This document shows, piece after piece, positions 19,981 through 29,398 of a stretch of DNA of 61,101 nt; positions within the stretch are counted from its first letter, which is position 1; each line of letters starts with the position of its first letter. The stretch is from an uncultured Acidobacteriota bacterium (GTDB lineage: Bacteria; Acidobacteriota; UBA6911). Both the position numbers and the translations under genes were made by a program. Below the pieces are notes generated by a model. It did no database searches. It saw only the letters and a program-made list of their open reading frames with translations, and had not been told where the DNA came from. Where the stretch lies: NCBI GenBank assembly GCA_964586015.1, contig CAZPHK010000004.1:1-61101 (forward strand). Reading direction: 5' to 3'.

Positions 19981-22182
19981 ATGGAGACAAAAACCCACGA
20001 ACTCGATCAAATAGCCATTACCGTCAAATCCCACATGCTGCTCCGGCAGCTTCTGAGGGAAAATCCCGCCCTTGAAGAGATTATGCGGAATGCGCGGAAT
20101 GAGACCGAAGCCCTCGTCGGCGTCCGCAACTGGGTGCTGGGGGAGATAAAACAGGATCCGGACGCTTACAAATTTTATAAGCGTGAAGTTCACGGCAGGG
20201 ATGCGTTTGAGAAGCTGACATGGAAGGATTTTGCGGCCATTCGCCTGCTGGACTATGTAGACAACGCGGGAAGGGAATTCGAAGATCAGAATCTGCGTGG
20301 AGAAAAAGCCATAAGCAATCCTATTCACCTTATCTGGCTGGCCGTAACCCACGGGACCGGCGGGGCGAAGCCCTATTTTTTCCAGGATATGCTGATGCTG
20401 TTCCGCCAGTTCTCCGGCGAATACAAGAGGGATTTTCCGGCTAAAGAGAAGGTGGAAGAGTGGATGGACCGGTGGCCGTCGGGCCTCGATCCGCGGATTA
20501 TCAAGCTGCGTGAGGAAAATCGGGAACGGATTCTGAAAATAATTATAGACAAAATCGATAAAGGGGAGATTAACGACAGCAAGTTCTTTTTCGAACCGGG
20601 AATGTCGCAGGAGCAAAAGTACCTCCGTACCCTGGAGTGGTGGGACGACAGATTGTTCCACCTCAGATTTGCGGTGCGGTCGGCCGATTTATTGAACGAG
20701 TTCCTGGGAAATTCGCTCGATCCGGATACCATGAAAGTGCTGTATGAAGCGGAAGGGAAAGGGATTCCGTTTTTTGTGAATCCGTATTATCTCTCCCTTC
20801 TCCATGTCCGGGTTCCCTATTTCGCGGTCGGCGCGGACCTTGCCATTCGCTACTATGTCGTATACAGCCAACAGTTGATTGACGAATACGGCCATATTGT
20901 CGCCTGGGAGAAGGAGGACAGGGTGGAGCCCGGCAAGCCCAACGCGGCCGGATGGATCCTCCCGAACGAGCATAACATCCACCGGCGCTATCCGGAGGTG
21001 GCAATCCTGATTCCCGACACCATGGGAAGGGCCTGCGGGGGACTGTGCGCTTCTTGCCAGCGGATGTACGATTTCCAGCGCGGAAACCTCAATTTTAACC
21101 TCGACAAGCTGAAGCCGAAACAGACCTGGGATGAGAAACTGAAAGAACTTTTAGGCTACTTTGAACAGGATTCCCAGTTGCGAGACATCCTGATTACCGG
21201 AGGGGATGCCCTGATGAGCTCCGACGGGTCGCTGACGCGGATACTGGACGCGGTTTATCAGATGGCTTTAAATAAACGGACCGCGAATGAGAAGCGCGCG
21301 CCGGGGAAAAAATACGCGGAAATTGTCAGGGTGCGGCTGGGAACAAGACTGCCGGTTTACCTTCCTCAGCGTATAACGCCCGAGTTGGCCCGATCACTCG
21401 GCGACTTCAAAAGAAAAGCAACCGAAATAGGCATCCGGCAGTTTATCATCCAGACACATTTCGAATCTCCTATGGAGGTGACGCCCGAAGCCAGGGATGC
21501 CGTGAGACGGTTGAATGAAGCGGGATGGATGGTTACCAATCAGCATGTTTTCAGTGCCGCGGCTTCCAGGCGGGGGCATGCCTCAAAACTTCGGAAGGTT
21601 CTGAACGAAATCGGAATTCTCAATTATTACACCTTCAGCGTTAAAGGCTACATGGAGAACTACTTTAATTTCGCCACGAACGAACGGGCGGTCCAGGAGC
21701 AGATGGAAGAAAAGGTGATCGGGACAATCGATCCTAAATACTATGAAGAGATCAGGAAGTTTCCCGACAACGCCGAAATGATGACGGATAGCATTGCAAG
21801 CCTTCTGAGCCGATCGAAGCTTCCGTTCCTCGGATCCGACAGGAACGTCCTGAACCTTCCCGGAGTCGGGAAAAGCCTGACGTTCCGGACAATCGGCATT
21901 ACCCGGTACGGCCGGAGAATCCTCGAATTCGAGCTGGATCACACGCGCAACCACAGTCCGGTTATGGAGCGGATGGACAAGGTGATCATCATCGAATCCA
22001 AGTCCATCAGCGAGTATCTCCGGCAGCTGGAGGATATCGGCGAAGAGCCGTCCGACTATTCGAGCATCTGGGGGTATTCCATCGGGGAGACGGAGCCGAG
22101 GATCCCGCTCTACGAGTACCCGGAATACGAGTACGAAGTCACGGACGAGTTCACCAATCTCGGGCAAGCCGTCAGCCGTTAA
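19981..22182 (+). CDS. Long KamA-family (lysine 2,3-aminomutase-like) radical SAM protein
   Basis: IPFFVNPYYLSL, HRRYPEVAIL, CxxxCxxC (CGGLCASC), ILITGGDAL, VRLGTRLPV, QTHFE, NQHV, PGVGK. Confidence 0.88.
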   Translation: METKTHELDQIAITVKSHMLLRQLLRENPALEEIMRNARNETEALVGVRNWVLGEIKQDPDAYKFYKREVHGRDAFEKLTWKDFAAIRLLDYVDNAGREFEDQNLRGEKAISNPIHLIWLAVTHGTGGAKPYFFQDMLMLFRQFSGEYKRDFPAKEKVEEWMDRWPSGLDPRIIKLREENRERILKIIIDKIDKGEINDSKFFFEPGMSQEQKYLRTLEWWDDRLFHLRFAVRSADLLNEFLGNSLDPDTMKVLYEAEGKGIPFFVNPYYLSLLHVRVPYFAVGADLAIRYYVVYSQQLIDEYGHIVAWEKEDRVEPGKPNAAGWILPNEHNIHRRYPEVAILIPDTMGRACGGLCASCQRMYDFQRGNLNFNLDKLKPKQTWDEKLKELLGYFEQDSQLRDILITGGDALMSSDGSLTRILDAVYQMALNKRTANEKRAPGKKYAEIVRVRLGTRLPVYLPQRITPELARSLGDFKRKATEIGIRQFIIQTHFESPMEVTPEARDAVRRLNEAGWMVTNQHVFSAAASRRGHASKLRKVLNEIGILNYYTFSVKGYMENYFNFATNERAVQEQMEEKVIGTIDPKYYEEIRKFPDNAEMMTDSIASLLSRSKLPFLGSDRNVLNLPGVGKSLTFRTIGITRYGRRILEFELDHTRNHSPVMERMDKVIIIESKSISEYLRQLEDIGEEPSDYSSIWGYSIGETEPRIPLYEYPEYEYEVTDEFTNLGQAVSR

Positions 22183-22221
22183 AATCCTCCGGATTTGCCG
22201 CGATTCAAAAAGACTGTTCCA

Positions 22222-23031
22222 ATGGAAAACTTTCCGTTTTCACAGAAGCGGTTTGCCGCCCTTCCTCAGGCCAGACGCCATAAGTGGATCGCAATCTGGC
22301 TGCAGAAAAACTATGAAGAACTGCTTAAGAGGCGTTTCAACGAAAAAAGCCTGGAAAGGTTCTTTGATAAGTATTTAAATGTCCGGTCCTGGATCGACGA
22401 ACCGATATCTTCCATAAGAAAGCCGCGGAGCTACAGAAAGTGGCTGGAGTTCCTTTCAGAACACTTCCATGAACATCGGAAAAAATCAGGGAAAGGTTTG
22501 GCGGAAGCCAACTTCCTGCCCAGGATCATCACGGGGGATCGTCCCCCTGACGGTCCGTGGAATCCCAGCCTGCAATACCGGGTGGCGATGGACCACATGC
22601 GGAGCGCGTTCAATGTCGGATCGATAATCCGTGTAGTGGATGCCGTCGGTTTCGAATCGGTAATGCTGTCGTCCTGGACGCCGGGCAGGGAAAACGGACA
22701 GGTCCGTAAAACCGCGATGGGTTGCGCCGAATGGATTCCTCAGACCAGGCATAAAGACCTGGTTGAAGCTTTGATGCGGGCGAAAGAAGAGGGCTATTCC
22801 GTTATCGGAATCGAAACTGTTGCGGGTTCTATCGGCTATGCCGAATATCCGTGGCCCGGTAGAGGTGTCTTAGTTCTGGGTAATGAGGAATATGGACTCA
22901 CTGAAGATGTAACGAAAGCATGCGATGATTTCGTTCATCTTCCCATGTCGGGTTTCAAAAATTCGGTAAATGTTGCCAATGCTTTTGCGGTCATCGCCTT
23001 CCATATCTCCTCGCTCCATAACCTAAAATAG
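22222..23031 (+). CDS. TrmH/SpoU family RNA 2'-O-methyltransferase with N-terminal extension
   Basis: MDHMRSAFNVGSIIR, LVLGNEEYGL, LPMSGFKNSVNVANA; alternative TTG start at 22195. Confidence 0.9.
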   Translation: MENFPFSQKRFAALPQARRHKWIAIWLQKNYEELLKRRFNEKSLERFFDKYLNVRSWIDEPISSIRKPRSYRKWLEFLSEHFHEHRKKSGKGLAEANFLPRIITGDRPPDGPWNPSLQYRVAMDHMRSAFNVGSIIRVVDAVGFESVMLSSWTPGRENGQVRKTAMGCAEWIPQTRHKDLVEALMRAKEEGYSVIGIETVAGSIGYAEYPWPGRGVLVLGNEEYGLTEDVTKACDDFVHLPMSGFKNSVNVANAFAVIAFHISSLHNLK

Positions 23032-23417
23032 ACGCTGTTGTGGAATAAGCGAAGCTGCAGGTGAAACGTCATCTGAGAAGGTTCAAGGTTGATAATCAGT
23101 TCAATTCATAAAAATATTATATTTTCAACTTGATATTTAAAAATTGGGATTTTCATTCCTCGAAGGAGACTTCCCACAAACTTATGAGTTCATTCAGGAC
23201 CGGAAGTCCTGAAAAATGGACTTGTGCGAATTCACGGGTTATTGGGCCAAAAACCTTTCGCAATTATAGTAGAATCACAGCCGAAAATCCGGGAACGGTG
23301 AACGTGAAATCCCCTATCGAAGTCCGGGAAGGATTCGATACTGAAGCAGTCTTGAAAAAGAGCAGCTATTTTTTCCCATCGATTCCTGTGATGAGATTCC
23401 GGTAATTGAGGCGGACA

Positions 23418-24581
23418 ATGAAGAAGTCAAAATCGGCTCGCGGCAGGCCCGGCAACGACAGGTCCTTCTCCTCGAATCTTCTCGACCTGTTTACACACGG
23501 CGTAACAAAAAGAGATTTCAAGGATATGGTGGATCGCGATGCCCGGGAAGCGTTGCGGTTTTACACACGCGAGATCGATTTTGAAGAAATCAAATTTCTC
23601 CCCTGGTACAGGCGATACCCGACAATCGTCTGGCGGGGATTTATGGCTTTGGCGTACAGATTGAGTCCGGTTCGCCGGATCACGTTCGCCGTCGCCACGG
23701 TGCTCTTCCTGTTCAGTTATATCCAGCTCCTGGTTTTACGAGCTCGTTTTGAGGGCATAAACAACGGTGTTCCATGGCTGCTGATTTCTTTTGTTCTCCT
23801 GTTTCTTGTCCTTCTGCTGGAGCTTCACGACAAGCTTGCCCTTAAGGACGATTTGGAAATCGCCCGTGAGATCCAGTTCGGGCTCGTGCCTCAGGGTCCG
23901 TTCTACCTGGATGAGTTCCAAATTTATTGCCGCATGCGGCCCGCAAATACGGTCGGCGGAGATTACTACGACGTGATTAAACTCGAAGCCAATCGGCTGG
24001 GGCTGGTCATAGCGGATGTTGCCGGCAAAGGGATGCCTGCCGCCCTGCTCATGGCCCTGCTTCAGGGAAGTTTACGAACACTTATAACGGCAGGGCACAG
24101 GAATTCCGACTTGATCGCAAAGCTTAATGCCTATCTATGCTCCAGCATACCGGACAACAGCCTGATCACGCTTTTTTATGGAGAGCTGGATACGTTATCC
24201 GGAAATCTGACTTACGTAAACGCGGGCCACAATGCTCCTATGGTCCTCCGGGAGAATCAGACTTTCGAACGGCTGAATTCCAACAGCATGATTCTCGGCT
24301 TCAATCCCGGCGCCGGGTTTCCCATCGCGACGAAGAGGATTGGTTCCGGAGATCTTCTCCTTCTCTTTACCGACGGCATATCCGAAGCGTTCAATCCGAA
24401 TGAGGAGGAGTACGGGGAAGAAAGAATCGCGACATTTCTATCGGAGCACCGGAATAGTCCCATCGATGCGCTGATCCAGGAACTGCTGGATGACGTCCTG
24501 GAGCACAGCGGATCCGCCAGGCTTAAGGACGACATGACACTGATGCTTGTATCCCACAGGTCTTCAGTTGCAGATAGATGA
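23418..24581 (+). CDS. Membrane-bound PP2C/SpoIIE (RsbU-like) phosphatase
   Basis: AREIQ, VGGDYYD, ADVAGKG, VNAGH, LFTDGISEA, DDMTL; two TM helices. Confidence 0.92.
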   Translation: MKKSKSARGRPGNDRSFSSNLLDLFTHGVTKRDFKDMVDRDAREALRFYTREIDFEEIKFLPWYRRYPTIVWRGFMALAYRLSPVRRITFAVATVLFLFSYIQLLVLRARFEGINNGVPWLLISFVLLFLVLLLELHDKLALKDDLEIAREIQFGLVPQGPFYLDEFQIYCRMRPANTVGGDYYDVIKLEANRLGLVIADVAGKGMPAALLMALLQGSLRTLITAGHRNSDLIAKLNAYLCSSIPDNSLITLFYGELDTLSGNLTYVNAGHNAPMVLRENQTFERLNSNSMILGFNPGAGFPIATKRIGSGDLLLLFTDGISEAFNPNEEEYGEERIATFLSEHRNSPIDALIQELLDDVLEHSGSARLKDDMTLMLVSHRSSVADR

Positions 24582-24841
24582 TTTGCGTGTTTTACACTCC
24601 CGAATGCCTGTTGAATCCCCGTAGAAGCCTGCAACAAATGTAAGTTGTGCGCGGCCGGAGCAGGATTCACTCACATTTCCCATTGACTGATGACATGCTT
24701 GTCGCAGCTTGAAGTCGACAGGGCTTCCGGGCAATCTTATAGATAAGAAGATGCCTTTGAAGTCAATTCATAAAGCCCCCCAATTCAGGACATCCGGATA
24801 CATTGAAAGAAAATGGAAAGAATCAGGGAAAGGTGGAACCT

Positions 24842-25792
24842 ATGCACGGAAAGAAGATAATTGCCATTGTAGGCGCAACAGGAGCCCAGGGGGGCGGTTT
24901 GGCGCGGGCCATCCTCTCCGACAGTAAAAGTATTTTTAAGGTGAGGGCGCTGACCAGAAGCGTGAATTCCGATAAGAGCCGCAAACTCGCGGAGTTGGGC
25001 GCGGAAGTTGTACGGGCGGATGTCGGGGACATGGAGAGCGTGAGAAAAGCTTTCGACGGCGCCCATGGGGCATATTGCGTCACGTTTTTCTGGGAGCACT
25101 TTTCGCCCGAAAAGGAATTTACCCATGCCGGAACGCTGGCTCAGGCTGCCAGGGATGCCGGGGTGCAGCATGTTATCTGGTCGACGCTTGAAGATACACG
25201 CAAATGGGTGCCGCTTGACGACGATCGGATGCCTACGCTGATGGGAAAGTACAAAGTCCCTCATTTCGACGCCAAGGGAGAAGCGAATCGATTTTTTACC
25301 GATTTCGGGCTTCCCACTACCTTCCTTTACGCCTCCTTTTACTGGGATAACTTCATTCATTTCGGAATGGGGCCCAGGAAAGGTCCCGACGGCAGCATGG
25401 CTATTACGTTTCCTCTGGGCGACAAGAAAATGCCGGGGATTGCGTCCGAAGACATCGGCAAATGCGCCTACGGAATCTTCAAAAAAGAGAAGGAGTATAT
25501 CGGGAAAAGCGTGGGTATCGCCGGAGAGCATTTGTCCGGGGAGCAGATGGCGTCTGCATTGAGTGAGGCCTTGGGCAGAAAGATTCATTACAACGATGTA
25601 ACGCCCGAAGTATACCGCGGGCTCGGCTTTCCGGGCGCTGAAGACCTCGGCAGCATGTTCCAGTTCAAACGGGATTTTGAGGCGGATTTTTGCGGCCTGC
25701 GCAACATCGAGGTTTCAAGGGCGCTGAATCCGGAACTCCAGAACTTCAGGCAATGGCTCAGCCGGAATAAAAACCGGATTCCCATCGAATAG
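24842..25792 (+). CDS. NmrA/HSCARG family NAD(P)-binding protein
   Basis: IAIVGATGAQGG, HVIWST, VPHFDAK, DIGKCA. Confidence 0.92.
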   Translation: MHGKKIIAIVGATGAQGGGLARAILSDSKSIFKVRALTRSVNSDKSRKLAELGAEVVRADVGDMESVRKAFDGAHGAYCVTFFWEHFSPEKEFTHAGTLAQAARDAGVQHVIWSTLEDTRKWVPLDDDRMPTLMGKYKVPHFDAKGEANRFFTDFGLPTTFLYASFYWDNFIHFGMGPRKGPDGSMAITFPLGDKKMPGIASEDIGKCAYGIFKKEKEYIGKSVGIAGEHLSGEQMASALSEALGRKIHYNDVTPEVYRGLGFPGAEDLGSMFQFKRDFEADFCGLRNIEVSRALNPELQNFRQWLSRNKNRIPIE

Positions 25793-25844
25793 CGGCCTGA
25801 AAACAGCGTATTAACCACAGGGACGCTGACTGCGTTTTGTTCCC

Positions 25845-25901
25845 AGGGCGAACACCAACTTGTCCGGCGCAGCTGAAAGCGAAGCCGGAAGGTTCGCCCC
25901 T
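25845..25901. repeat. REP copy interrupted by a 33-34 nt palindromic insert
   Basis: AGGGCGAACAC + caacttgTCCGGCgcagctgaaagcgaaGCCGGA + AGGTTCGCCCCT. Confidence 0.75.
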
Positions 25902-26060
25902 TATGGTCACCGGTCCTCTCTTTCATCCTTACACGCATCTCAATCAGATTACTGCAGACTGCAGACTGGTTTATTCCTTGACTCGAAAAAGACTGTTCCC
26001 ATATGATCCGTTCCATCGATCAAAGAGAAAATCCCTCTGTTCATTAAGGAGGTCGTGAAT

Positions 26061-28007
26061 ATGACTACGTGGCATGATTATCTGAAAGAAGAAGGGCAGC
26101 CGCCGAGTTGGCCTTATCCCGTCCGATTCGAAGAGGAGCAGGAAGTTGATACCGATATCCTTGTGATTGGAGGGGGTATCGCCGGCTGCTGGGCAGCCAT
26201 CAGCGCCGCCAGGCAGGGAATGCGGGTAGCGCTTGTGGAAAAGAGCGATACGGTTCGAAGCGGTTCCGGGGGGCCGGGATGCGACCACTGGTGCAATGCC
26301 CCGGCTAATCCTCTTTCCCGGGTAGATCCGGACGGCTGGGCGCAGCATATGGCTTCCCGCCCTTACAGCAACGGCATCGGCATACAGATCCAGTGCCGGG
26401 AGGATTTCGATACCCTGCTCGAAATGGAGCAGATGGGAGGAAAAATCCGGGATACCGAGGATGAATATGTCGGCGTGGAGGGCAGGGACGACAAGACAAA
26501 ATTCATGATTTCTCCGCGCTACGGCACGATCCACAGCTATTTCCCGGATCCCCGCATGGGGGAGCCGAATTTCAACCCGCCGGAAGCAAGAAATAATGTT
26601 GTTATCCGGGTCTGGGGCAGCACCTTCAAACCTGCCCTGAAAAAGGAATGCCAGCGCCTGGGGGTCAAAATTTTCGACCGGGTAATGGGAACAGGCCTGC
26701 TTACGGAAAACGGGTTGCAGGGCGCCCGGGTGATCGGGGCTACCGGACTGAATACACGAACAGGCGAGTTTGTAATTTTCAAATCCAAAGCCACGATACT
26801 GTCCACAGCCGGGGCCGGATCCATCTGGTTCATGAGCATGGAACTGGGCGGATTTTCCAATATGCATTCCCGGGCGATTTCGGGCGACGGTACGGTCATG
26901 GCTTTCAAAGCGGGAGCCGGGCTGACCAAGATGGAAGCCGGCGGGGTTGTGCGGATTGCCACGGGATACAAGCACAAGTGGTATACCGGTGGAGGGGATG
27001 CCAGTTATGAAAATGTCCCCCTGGTCGATGCCAACGGCAAGCGTCTGCCTTATCCCATCCAGGGCTGGGTGGATGCCGGAGCTATGGTGCCTGCACCCGG
27101 AGTCGAAGAAAAAATCCGCGAAGGCATCATGAAAGGCGAGTACGCTTTGCCTTTCTATGCGGACTTTCCCGCCATGCCGAAAGCCGAACAGGATGCAACC
27201 TGGAAACTGATGCTGGGGGAAGAAGCCACTACGAAGATCATTATCAAGACCTTCAATGAGGCGGGTTTCGATACAAGGAAGGACATGCTTCAAAGTTACA
27301 AGTTCATCGAGGGACAGAGCCTGCCGCAATGGCGGGAGGCGGGTTACGGCGGTGGACTGCTTGTGGACTGGAACTTGAAGACGACGCTCGACGGGCTGTA
27401 TGCCGCCGGAACCCAGATGTTCGCTCCGGAAGATCACAGTTATGCCGCCGCCACCGGACGGTATGCCGGACGTAAAGCGGTAGCCTATGCCCGGGAAATC
27501 GATGGATCCAAAGTGTCGCGGGATCAGATTGAAAGCATTAAGAACAGGATATACGCTCCTGTCAGGCGCACGAGCGGCATAGAATGGAAAGAGCTGCACG
27601 CCGGAATCGCCAGGGTCATGCAGTATTATGTCAGCGAGTTCAGGACCGAATCCCTTTTCAAGATGGGAATGGATGCCCTGCAAAAAATTGAAAGGGAATC
27701 GGTGCCCATGCTCTATGCGCTCGATCCGCATAAACTGATGCGCACTCTGGAAGATCTGAGCATGCTCGAATATGCCAAAATTATCATTCAGGCTTCGCAG
27801 GCCCGCAAGGCCAGCAGCATGCCGCTTCAATTCCAGCGGATAGATTACCCCGATGTCGACCCGCCGGAATGGGATAAATTTCTTACCATCAAGCTGGAGA
27901 ACGACAGGGTGAAAATCGGCGAGCTGCCCCCGGAATTCTGGGGCGACATGAAACAACAGTACGAGGCGCACAACAAGGACTACGAAGGCGTGTATCGGGG
28001 AAAGTAA
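26061..28007 (+). CDS. FAD-dependent oxidoreductase, AprA/SdhA-FrdA flavoprotein superfamily (AprA-like)
   Basis: DILVIGGGIAG FAD motif, RSGSGGPGCDHW, ILSTAGAG, SGDGTVMA, TTLDGLYAAG; AAGGAGG RBS fits ATG 26061. Confidence 0.85.
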   Translation: MTTWHDYLKEEGQPPSWPYPVRFEEEQEVDTDILVIGGGIAGCWAAISAARQGMRVALVEKSDTVRSGSGGPGCDHWCNAPANPLSRVDPDGWAQHMASRPYSNGIGIQIQCREDFDTLLEMEQMGGKIRDTEDEYVGVEGRDDKTKFMISPRYGTIHSYFPDPRMGEPNFNPPEARNNVVIRVWGSTFKPALKKECQRLGVKIFDRVMGTGLLTENGLQGARVIGATGLNTRTGEFVIFKSKATILSTAGAGSIWFMSMELGGFSNMHSRAISGDGTVMAFKAGAGLTKMEAGGVVRIATGYKHKWYTGGGDASYENVPLVDANGKRLPYPIQGWVDAGAMVPAPGVEEKIREGIMKGEYALPFYADFPAMPKAEQDATWKLMLGEEATTKIIIKTFNEAGFDTRKDMLQSYKFIEGQSLPQWREAGYGGGLLVDWNLKTTLDGLYAAGTQMFAPEDHSYAAATGRYAGRKAVAYAREIDGSKVSRDQIESIKNRIYAPVRRTSGIEWKELHAGIARVMQYYVSEFRTESLFKMGMDALQKIERESVPMLYALDPHKLMRTLEDLSMLEYAKIIIQASQARKASSMPLQFQRIDYPDVDPPEWDKFLTIKLENDRVKIGELPPEFWGDMKQQYEAHNKDYEGVYRGK

Positions 28008-28053
28008 CCGATCCTGCTCAGGGTATGTCTGAAGAATTGATTAGGAGGGGAAT

Positions 28054-28350
28054 GTGGCCAGAAAAGAATTAGTTGCTTTACCCAATGTCCAGACGCCGAA
28101 CCAGCCGGTTATTTTCGATGAGGATTGCTGCACCGGGTGCAATATCTGCGTGGAAGTGTGCCCGATAGACGTGTACATACCGCATCCCGAAGAAGGGAAA
28201 CCCCCGATAATCCTGCATCCTGAAGAGTGCTGGTATTGCGGCAGCTGCGCAGTCGACTGTCCGTGCCCCGGGGCCATAAAATTCAACTGGCCGTTGCAGG
28301 CGCGTGGTTATTGGAAGAACAAGGAGACCGGGAAAATCGGTCAGATTTAA
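28054..28350 (+). CDS. 2x[4Fe-4S] ferredoxin, AprB-like
   Basis: CTGCNICVEVCP and ECWYCGSCAVDCP. Confidence 0.9.
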   Translation: MARKELVALPNVQTPNQPVIFDEDCCTGCNICVEVCPIDVYIPHPEEGKPPIILHPEECWYCGSCAVDCPCPGAIKFNWPLQARGYWKNKETGKIGQI

Positions 28351-28384
28351 ATATTATATTTCGGGATTCTTATGGAATCCGGCA

Positions 28385-28409
28385 GGGGGCGAACACAAGG
28401 TTTGCCCCC
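28385..28409. repeat. REP-like palindrome (variant copy)
   Basis: GGGGGCGAACACAAGGTTTGCCCCC between convergent genes. Confidence 0.8.
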
Positions 28410-28431
28410 ACAACAGCAGTGCATTAGGTGC

Positions 28432-29124
28432 TTAATCGCTGAGGTTTTTGGGCGATTTCTTGTTCAGATAATCGATCATTTCCTTTGCGGCAGGAGGAAC
28501 CTGTACGGCGCCGTCACGAACGATTTCCCGGGCGTCGAGTTTGCGGCCATAAAGGTTTTTATTGGCGCCTCCGTCGGACCTTAACGTGGAGCCCTCCAGC
28601 GACACGCCCGCGAAGAGACCCTTGGCTCTCGAATAAGATAAAATTTCAGCAGCCATGACAACATCTGTCGCAGCCGCCAGGTTCCGGCCCTTGGGACCGG
28701 CGGCGGCGGATGCGTCCGCGCCCAGCTTGACCTTGCTGCCCATGACGGATTCCGCGCCCTTCTCATTCATTATAAGCAGCAGGAAATCGGTCGCCTGCCC
28801 GCCGAGCTGGAATCCGAAACTGAAACCTTCAAGAGCGAAAAGCGCCGGAGCGCTCCAGGGGCCTGTAAAATTCTTCCCCGATCTGCAGGTTATGGCTCCG
28901 CGGCCGTAACTGCCGCCGAATCCGAAGGCAGCCTTTTTCACGGAAGGAAAAATAACCACGCATTCCGCTTTATCCAGCAATTCCTGGGGAACATTGTCGG
29001 GTACGTTGAGTATTTCCTCAAGGACGGTGGTACAATTTTCTAGTCTTTCCTTTTCCTTTTTCTGAGCCATCAACGGCGTGGCGAGTAATAAAAAAATGCC
29101 TAAAATTGCCCATCTAGCGCGCAT
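28432..29124 (-). CDS. Lipid-binding SYLF (Ysc84-like) domain protein
   Basis: Signal peptide; KAECVVIFP, GGSYGRG, SFGFQLGGQATD, SYSRAKGLFAGVSLEG, NKNLYG. Confidence 0.92.
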   Translation of the reverse strand: MRARWAILGIFLLLATPLMAQKKEKERLENCTTVLEEILNVPDNVPQELLDKAECVVIFPSVKKAAFGFGGSYGRGAITCRSGKNFTGPWSAPALFALEGFSFGFQLGGQATDFLLLIMNEKGAESVMGSKVKLGADASAAAGPKGRNLAAATDVVMAAEILSYSRAKGLFAGVSLEGSTLRSDGGANKNLYGRKLDAREIVRDGAVQVPPAAKEMIDYLNKKSPKNLSD

Positions 29125-29398
29125 GCTTCCCCCCTTTCACGTTTAAAAATCGAATACAGGCAAAAACCTGATCTGCAGATACATATTTTAACTGTTACCT
29201 GATTTTACTAAAAAATCGAGAATATATCCAAAATCACGGCTGTATTTTTTTGAAATTTGTCCAATCCGGAGACTCAGCCTGTTACAATAAAATCTAACGG
29301 CAGGAAACGCCGGCTCTGTTCAATGCCGGATTTAACTCTATGCTGCATTGCTAGGATTGAATTTTCAATTGCAGGACACAGCGTCAAGGAGAACGATT

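Noticed and set aside
23130-23405. 91-aa ORF in the AT-rich spacer
   Set aside because: No recognisable motif, weak start context; more likely non-coding.
26061-28350. Calling these genes aprAB (sulfate-reduction marker)
   Set aside because: Key AprA motif differs and no sat/qmo/dsr context; reported only as AprAB-like.
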